Shown: positions 55,801 through 64,000 of the stretch, one piece after another
How positions within the stretch are numbered: the first letter of the stretch is position 1
How the letters are laid out: each line of letters starts with the position of its first letter
Source: Azolla caroliniana
Taxonomy: Eukaryota; Plantae; Polypodiophyta
Length of the DNA: 64,000 nt
NCBI GenBank assembly: GCA_043228905.1
Contig: JBHGNT010000078.1
Location: 41,503 to 105,502, forward strand
Reading direction: 5' to 3'
Position numbers and translations under genes: made by a program
The notes under the pieces: generated by a model
What the model saw: only the letters and a program-made list of their open reading frames with translations
The model's database searches: none
Told to the model about the DNA's origin: nothing

Positions 55801-58800
55801 ATGAACATTTTAATTTACTCACGGGGTCTTCTCCACTACCTTCTCAAATTTGCTAATTTCTTCATGTCTCTCGACCTGAGTTTCAAAATCTTGATTTTCT
55901 AATTCCATATCATAGCTAGCGTTGTTAGCTTCCATTCGAATTTTTGAACACAAAAATCCGATATCCCACAAGCCAGGTATGAACATTTTAATTTACTCAC
56001 GGGGTCTTCTCCACTACATTCTCAAATTTGCTAATTTCTTCATGTCTCTCGACCTGAGTTTCAAAATCTGGATTTTCTAATTCCATATCATAGCTAGCGT
56101 TGTTAGCTTCAATTCGAATTTTTGAACACAAAAATCCGATATCCCACAAGCCAGGTATGAACATTTTAATTTACTCACGGGGTCTTCTCCACTACATTCT
56201 CAAATTTGCTAATTTCTTCATGTCTCTCGACCTGAGTTTCAAAATCTTGATTTTTTAATTCCATATCATAGCTAGTGTTGTTAGCTTCCATTCGCATGTT
56301 TGAACACAAAAATCCAATATCACACGAGCCAGGTATGAACATTTTAATTTACTAACGCGCTATTCTCCAATACCTCCTAAAATTTGCTAATTTCTTCATT
56401 TCTCTAGACCTGTGTTTTAAAATTATAATTTTTCAATTCCATATCACAACTAGCGTTCTTAGCTTCGATTCGCATGTTTGAACACAAAAAGCCGATATCA
56501 CACGAGCCAGGTATGAACATTTTAATTTACTGACACGCTCTTCTCAACTCCTTCCTCAAATTTGCTAATTTCTTCATGTCTTTGGACCTGAGTTTCAAAT
56601 TCTTGATTTTCTAATTCCATATCATAGCTTGTGTTGTTAGCTTCGATTCGCATGTTTGAACATAAAAATCTGATATCACACGAGCCAGGTATGAACATTT
56701 TAATTTACTCACGAGGTTTTCTCAACTCCTTCCTCAAGTTTGCTAATTTCTTCATGTCTGTCGACCTGAGTTTCAAAACCTTGATTTTTTAATTCTATAT
56801 GATAGCTAGTGTTGTTAGCTTCGATTCCCATGTTTGAACACGAAAATCCGATATCATACGTGCCAGGTATGAACATTTTAATTTACTCACGGGGTCCTCT
56901 CCACTACCTCCTCGAATTTGCTAATTTCGTCATGTCTCTAGACCTGTATTTCAAAACTATAACATTTTAATTCAATATCATAGCTAGCGTTGCTAGATTC
57001 GATTCTCATGTTTGAACACAAAAATCCGATATCACACGAGCTAGATATGAACATTTTAATTTACACACCGGGTATTCTCAACGCCTTCCTCAAGTTTGCT
57101 AATTTCCTCATGTCTCTCGATCTGAGTTTCAAAATCTTCATTTTTTAATTCTATATCATAGCTAGCGTTTTAGCTTCGATTCGCATTTTTGAACACAATA
57201 ATCCGATTTCCCACAAGCCAGGTATGAACATTTTAATTTACTCACGGGGTCTTCTCCACTACCTTTTCAAATTTGCTAATTTCTTCATGTCTGTCGACCT
57301 GAGTTTCAAAATCTTGATATTTTAATTCCATATCATAGCTAGTGTTGTTAGCTTCCATTCGCATGTTTGAACACAAAAATTCAAGATCACACGAGCCAGG
57401 TATGAACATTTTAATTTACTAACGCGCTATTCTCCAATACCTCCTAAAATTTGCTAATTTCTTCATGTCTCTTGACCTGTGTTTTAAAATTATAATTTTT
57501 GAATTCCATATCATAACTAGCGTTCTTAGCTTCGATTCGCATGTTTGAACACAAAAATCCGATATCACACGAGCCAGGTATGAACATTTTAATTTACTGA
57601 CGCGCTCTTCTCAATTCCTTCCTCAAATTTGCTAATTTCTTCATGTCTGTCGACCTGAGTTTCAAAACCTTGGTTTTTTAATTATATATGATAGCTAGCG
57701 TTGTTAGCTTCGATTCACATTTTTGAACACAGAAATCCGATTTCCCACAAGCCAGGTATGAACATTTTAATTTACTCACGGGGCTTCTTTACTAACTTCT
57801 CAAATTTGCTAATTTCTTCATGTCTCTCGACCTGAGTTTCAAAATCTGGATTTTCTAATTCCATATCATAGCTAGCGTTGTTAGCTTCAATTCGAATTTT
57901 TGAACACAAAAATCCGATATCCCACAAGCCAGGTATGAACATTTTAATTTACTCACGGGGTCTTCTCCACTACATTCTCAAATTTGCTAATTTCTTCATG
58001 TCTCTCGACCTCAGTTTCAAAATCTTGATTTTTTAATTCCATATCATAGCTAGTGTTGTTAGCTTCCATTCGCATGTTTGAACACAAAAATCCAATATCA
58101 CACGATCCAGGTATGAACATTTTAATTTACTAACGCGCTATTCTCCACTACCTCCTCCAATTTGCTAATTTCATCATGTCTCTAGAACTGTATTTCAAAA
58201 CTATAATTTTTCAATTCCATATCATAACTAGCGTTCTTAGCTTCGATTCGCATGTTTGAACACAAAAATCCGATATCACACGAGCGAGGTATGAACATTT
58301 TAATTTACTGACGCGCTCTTCTCAACTCCTTCCTCAAATTTGCTAATTTCTTCATGTCTGTCGACCTGAGTTTCAAAACCTTGATTTTTTAATTCTATAT
58401 GATAGCTAGCGTTGTTATCTTCGATTCGCATGTTTGAACACGAAAATCCGATATCACACGTGGCAGGTATGAACATTTTAATTTACTCACGGGGTCTTCT
58501 CCACTACCTCCTCCAATTTGCTAATTTCATCATGTCTCTAGACCTGTATTTCAAAACTATAATTTTTCAATTCAATATCATAGCTAGCGTTGCTAGCTTC
58601 GATTCTCATGTTTGAACACAAAAATCCGATATCCCACAAGCCAGGTATGAACATTTTAATTTACTCACGGGGTCTTCTCCACTACCTTCTCAAATTTGCT
58701 CATTTCTTCATGTCTCTCGACCTGAGTTTCAAAATCTTGATTTTCTAGTTCCATATCATAGCTAGCGTTGTTAGCTTCAATTCGAATTTTTGAACACAAA

Positions 58801-60400
58801 AATCTGATTTCCCACAGGCCAGGTATGAACATTTTAATTTACTCCCGGGGTCTTCTCCACTACCTTCTCAAATTTGCTCATTTCTTCATGTCTCTCGACC
58901 TAAGTTTCAAAATCTTGATTTTCTAGTTCCATATCATAGCTAGCGTTGTTAGCTTCAATTCGAATTTTTGAACACAAAAATCCGATATCCCACAAGCCAG
59001 GTATGAACATTTTAATTTACTCACGGGGTCTTCTCCACTACCTTCTCAAATTTGCCAATTTCTTCATGTCTCTCGACCTGAGTTTCAAAATCTTGATTTT
59101 TTAATTCCATATCATAGCTAGTGTTGTCAGCTTCCATTCGCATGTTTGAACACAAAAATCCAATATCACACGAGCCAGGTATGAACATTTTAATTTACTA
59201 ACGCGCTATTCTCCAATACCTACTAAAATTTGCTAATTTCTTCATGTCTCTCGACCTGTGCTTTAAAATTATAATTTTTCAAGTCCATATCATAACTAGC
59301 GTTCTTAGCTTCGATTCGCATGTTTGAACACAAAAATCCAATATAACACGAGCCAGGTAACAACATTTTAATTTACTGAGGCGCTCTTCTCAACTCCTTC
59401 CTCAAATTTGCTAATTTCTTCATGTCTTTGGACCTGAGTTTCAAATTCTTGATTTTCTAATTCCATATCATAGCTAGTGTTGTTAGCTTCGATTCGCATG
59501 TTTGAACACAAAAATCCGATATCCCACAAGCAGGCATGAACATTTTAATTTACTCACGGGGTCTTCTCCACTACCTTCTCAAATTTGCTAATTTCTTCAT
59601 GTCTATCGACCTGAGTTTCAAAATCTTGATTTTCTAATTCCATATCATAGCTAGCGTTGTTAGCTTCAATTCACATTTTTTACCACAAAAATCCGATATC
59701 CCACAAGCCAGGTATGAAGATTTTAATTTACTCACGGGGTCTTCTCCACTGCCTTCTCAAATTTGCTAATTTCTTCATGTCTCTTGACCTGAGTGTCAAA
59801 ATCTTGATTTTCTAATTCCATATCATAGCTAGTGTTGTTAGCTTCCATTCGCATGTTTGAACACAAAAATCCAATATCACACGAGCCAGGTATGAAGATT
59901 TTAATTTACTAACGCGCTATTCTCCAATACCTCCTAAAATTTGCTAATTTCTTCATGTCTCTCGACCTGTGTTTTTAAATTATAATTTTTGAATTCCATA
60001 TCCTAACTAGCGTTCTTAGCTTCGATTCGCATGTTTGAATACAAAAATGCGATATCACACGAGCCGGGTATGAACATTTTAATTTACTGACGCGCTCTTC
60101 TCAACTCCTTCCTCAAATTTGCTAATTTCTTCATGTCTCTGGACCTGAGTTTCCAAATCTTGATTTTTTAATTCCATATCATAGCTAGTGTTGTTAGCTT
60201 CCATTCGCATGTTTGAACACAAAAATCCAATATCACACGAGCCAAGTATGAACATTTTAATTTACTAACGCGCTATTCTCCACTACCTCCTCCAATATGC
60301 TAATTTCATCAGGTCTCTAGACTTGTATTTCAAAACTATAATTTTTCAATTCCATATCATAACTAGCGTTCTTAGCTTCGATTCGCATGTTTGAACACAA
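49800..60400. repeat. More diverged satellite layer, largely without long exact HORs
   Basis: Many private substitutions and small indels (for example ~50875, 52291, 52411, 52731). I saw no kilobase-scale exact repeat by eye. Confidence 0.75.
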
Positions 60401-60599
60401 AAATCCGATATCACACGAGCGAGGTATGAACATTTTAGTTTACTGACGCGCTCTTATCAACTCCTTCCTCAAATTTGTTAATTTCTTCATGTGTTTGGAC
60501 CTGAGTTTCAAATTCTTGATTTTCTAATTCCATATCATAGCTAGTGTTGTTAGCTTCGATTCGCATGTTTGAACACAAAAATCCGATATCCCACAAGCC

Positions 60600-60683
60600 A
60601 GGGTTTAGGGTTTTCATGTCTCTCGACCTGTGTTTCAAAATTATAATTTTTCAATTCTATATCATAACTAGCGTTTAGGGTTT
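60600..60683 (+). repeat. Short Arabidopsis-type telomere motifs (TTTAGGG), copy 1
   Basis: AGGGTTTAGGGTTT at 60600-60613 and GTTTAGGGTTT at 60673-60683. Both are absent from the satellite consensus. Confidence 0.8.
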
Positions 60684-61428
60684 TAATTTACTCAAAAATC
60701 CGATATCCCACAAGCCAGGTATGAACATTTTAATTTACTCACGGGGTCTTCTCCACTACCTTCTCAAATTTGCTAATTTCTTCATGTCTATCGACCTGAG
60801 TTTCAAAATCTTGATTTTCTAATTCCATATCATCGCTAGCGTTGTTAGCTTCAATTCGCATTTTTGACCACAAAAATCCGATATCCCACAAGCCAGGTAT
60901 GAAGATTTTAATTTACTCACGGGGTCTTCTCCACTACCTTCTCAAATTTGCTAATTTCTTCATGTCTCTTGACCTGAGTTTCAAAATCTTGATTTTTTAA
61001 TTCCATATCATAGCTAGTGTTGTTAGATTCCATTCGCATGTTTGAACACAAAAATCCAATATCACACGAGCCAGGTATGAACATTTTAATTTACTAACGC
61101 GCTCTTTTCCAATACCTCCTATAATTTGCTAATTTCTTCATTTCTCTCAACTTTTGTTTTAAAATTATAATTTTTGAATTCCATATCATAACTAGCGTTC
61201 TTAGCTTCGATTCGCATGTTTGAACACAAAAATCCGATATAACACGAGCCAGGTATGAACATTTTAATTTACTTAGGCGCTCTTCTCAACTCCTTCCTCA
61301 AATTTGCTAATTTCTTCACGTCTTTGGACCTGAGTTTCAAATTCTTGATTTTCTAATTCCATATCATAGCTAGTGTTGTTAGCTTCTATTCGCATGTTTG
61401 AACACAAAAATCCGATATCCCACAAGCC

Positions 61429-61512
61429 AGGGTTTAGGGTTTTCATGTCTCTCGACCTGTGTTTCAAAATTATAATTTTTCAATTCTATATCATAACTAG
61501 CGTTTAGGGTTT
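61429..61512 (+). repeat. Short telomere motifs, copy 2
   Basis: Identical to 60600-60683 at +829 bp. Confidence 0.8.
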
Positions 61513-62257
61513 TAATTTACTCAAAAATCCGATATCCCACAAGCCAGGTATGAACATTTTAATTTACTCACGGGGTCTTCTCCACTACCTTCTCAAATTT
61601 GCTAATTTCTTCATGTCTATCGACCTGAGTTTCAAAATCTTGATTTTCTAATTCCATATCATCGCTAGCGTTGTTAGCTTCAATTCGCATTTTTGACCAC
61701 AAAAATCCGATATCCCACAAGCCAGGTATGAAGATTTTAATTTACTCACGGGGTCTTCTCCACTACCTTCTCAAATTTGCTAATTTCTTCATGTCTCTTG
61801 ACCTGAGTTTCAAAATCTTGATTTTTTAATTCCATATCATAGCTAGTGTTGTTAGATTCCATTCGCATGTTTGAACACAAAAATCCAATATCACACGAGC
61901 CAGGTATGAACATTTTAATTTACTAACGCGCTCTTTTCCAATACCTCCTATAATTTGCTAATTTCTTCATTTCTCTCAACTTTTGTTTTAAAATTATAAT
62001 TTTTGAATTCCATATCATAACTAGCGTTCTTAGCTTCGATTCGCATGTTTGAACACAAACATCCGATATAACACGAGCCAGGTATGAACATTTTAATTTA
62101 CTTAGGCGCTCTTCTCAACTCCTTCCTCAAATTTGCTAATTTCTTCACGTCTTTGGACCTGAGTTTCAAATTCTTGATTTTCTAATTCCATATCATAGCT
62201 AGTGTTGTTAGCTTCGATTCGCATGTTTGAACACAAAAATCCGATATCCCACAAGCC

Positions 62258-62341
62258 AGGGTTTAGGGTTTTCATGTCTCTCGACCTGTGTTTCAAAATT
62301 ATAATTTTTCAATTCTATATCATAACTAGCGTTTAGGGTTT
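62258..62341 (+). repeat. Short telomere motifs, copy 3
   Basis: Identical to 60600-60683 at +1,658 bp. Confidence 0.8.
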
Positions 62342-62969
62342 TAATTTACTCAAAAATCCGATATCCCACAAGCCAGGTATGAACATTTTAATTTACTCAC
62401 GGGGTCTTCTCCACTACCTTCTCAAATTTGCTAATTTCTTCATGTCTATCGACCTGAGTTTCAAAATCTTGATTTTCTAATTCCATATCATCGCTAGCGT
62501 TGTTAGCTTCAATTCGCATTTTTGACCACAAAAATCCGATATCCCACAAGCCAGGTATGAAGATTTTAATTTACTCACGGGGTCTTCTCCACTACCTTCT
62601 CAAATTTGCTAATTTCTTCATGTCTCTTGACCTGAGTTTCAAAATCTTGATTTTTTAATTCCATATCATAGCTAGTGTTGTTAGATTCCATTCGCATGTT
62701 TGAACACAAAAATCCAATATCACACGAGCCAGGTATGAACATTTTAATTTACTAACGCGCTCTTTTCCAATACCTCCTATAATTTGCTAATTTCTTCATT
62801 TCTCTCAACTTTTGTTTTAAAATTATAATTTTCGAATTCCATATCATAACTAGCGTTCTTAGCTTCGATTCGCATGTTTGAACACAAAAACCCGATATCA
62901 CACGAGCCAGGTATGAACATTCTAATTTACTCACGCGCTCTTCTCAACTCCTTCCTCAAATTTGCTAGT

Positions 62970-64000
62970 TTCTTCATGTCTCTGGACCTGAGTTTCAAAG
63001 TCTTGATTTTTTAATTCTATATCATAGCTAGCGTTGTTAGCTTCGATTCGCATTTTTGAACACAAAAATGCGATATCCCACAAGCCAGGTATGAACATTT
63101 TTATTTACTCACGGGGTCTTCTGAACTCCTTCCTCAAATTTGCTAATTTCTTCATGTCTCTCGATCTGTGTTTGAAAATCTTGATTTTTTAATTTCATAT
63201 CATAGCTAGCATTGTTAGCTTCGATTCGCATGTTTGAACACAAAAATCCAATGTCACACGAGCCAGGTATGAACATTTTAATTTACTAACCTGCTCTTCT
63301 CCAATACCTCCTCAAATTTGCTAATTTCTTCATATCTCTCGACCTGAGTTTCAAAATTATAGTTTTTCAATTCTATAATCATAACTAGCGTTCTTAGCTT
63401 CGATTCGCATGTTTGAACACAAAAATCCAATATCACACGAGCCAGGTATGAACATTTTAATTTACTAACGCGCTCTTCTCCAATACCTCCTAAAATTTGC
63501 TAATTTCTTCATGTCTCTGGACCTGAGTTTCAAAGTCTTGATTTTTTAATTCTATATCATAGCTAGCGTTGTTAGCTTCGATTCGCATTATTGAACACAA
63601 AAATGGGATATCCCACAAGCCAGGTATGAACATTTTTATTTACTCACGGGGTCTTCTGAACTCCTTCCTCAATTTTGCTAATTTCTTTATGTCTCTCGAC
63701 CTGTGTTTGAAAATCTTGATTTTTTAATTTCATATCATAGCTAGCATCGTTAGCTTCGATTCGCATGTTTGAACAAAAAAATCCAATATCACACGAGCCA
63801 GGTATGAACATTTTAATTTACTAACCTGCTCTTCTCCAATACCTCCTGAAATTTCCTAATTTCTTCATATCTCTCGACCTGAGTTTCAAAATTATAGTTT
63901 TTCAATTCTATATCATAACTAGCGTTCTTAGCTTCGATTCGCATGTTTGAACACAAAAATCCAATATCACACGAGCCCGGTATGAACATTTTAATTTACT
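62970..64000. repeat. 535-bp trimer duplication (three-monomer HOR), running off the window end
   Basis: Private variants recur at a 535-bp offset: CTGAACTCC at 63121/63656, CTAACCTGCTC at ~63286/63821, and TTTTTATTTAC. Confidence 0.8.

Larger units (their letters stand above)
60495..62885. repeat. 829-bp HOR in ~2.9 copies (four 178-bp monomers plus a 117-bp insertion carrying telomere motifs)
   Basis: GGGTTTAGGG starts at 60601, 61430 and 62259 (829-bp period). ORFs 61273/62102 are also 829 bp apart. 4x178+117=829. Confidence 0.95.
1..64000. repeat. Tandem satellite array with a 178-bp AT-rich monomer, all copies in one orientation; probably plant centromeric or pericentromeric heterochromatin
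   Basis: CGAGCCAGGTATGAACA at position 1 recurs at 179 and at ~178-bp steps to the window end. Approximate consensus: CGAGCCAGGTATGAACATTTTAATTTACTCACGGGGTCTTCTCCACTACCTTCTCAAATTTGCTAATTTCTTCATGTCTCTCGACCTGAGTTTCAAAATCTTGATTTTTTAATTCCATATCATAGCTAGCGTTGTTAGCTTCGATTCGCATGTTTGAACACAAAAATCCGATATCACA. The centromeric call is an inference from monomer length and HOR organisation. Confidence 0.99.

Noticed and set aside
60600-62341. True chromosome end or large interstitial telomeric array
   Set aside because: Each site has at most two heptamer units, and the satellite continues on both sides.
328-62934. About 90 short ORFs of 60-111 aa on both strands
   Set aside because: All are translations of one or two satellite monomers, opened or closed by chance SNPs and indels. 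They show no recognisable domains or gene structure, and I used them only as positional markers.
1-64000. CRISPR-like repeat-spacer array
   Set aside because: The whole 178 bp repeats. There are no unique spacers and no cas genes.
1-64000. Transposon insertions, LTRs or strand inversions
   Set aside because: I saw no non-satellite stretch longer than ~10 bp and no reverse-orientation monomer.

Overview
The whole 64 kb window is one uninterrupted, head-to-tail, single-orientation array of an AT-rich 178-bp satellite, for example 1-178 repeating at 179. I found no credible gene, RNA gene or transposon. All listed ORFs are translations of the satellite. The array is layered. A mosaic left flank (~1-14.4 kb) precedes a highly homogeneous core (~14.4-44.2 kb) built from a ~3,189-bp, 19-unit higher-order repeat (HOR) and rearranged versions of it. 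A right flank (~44.2-49.8 kb) shares its variants with the left flank, and a more diverged zone follows (~49.8-60.4 kb). The window ends with a young 829-bp HOR in about three copies and a 535-bp trimer duplication. The most unusual signal is a 117-bp patchwork insertion in the 829-bp HOR whose junctions carry plant-type telomere repeats (AGGGTTTAGGGTTT and GTTTAGGGTTT). This suggests telomerase-type addition at a break, followed by rejoining and amplification. The 3.19-kb HOR can be derived from a 4.64-kb precursor by a 1,454-bp deletion at a TTGAAC microhomology. A plant centromeric or pericentromeric origin is inferred, not shown, and I could not identify the species or satellite family.
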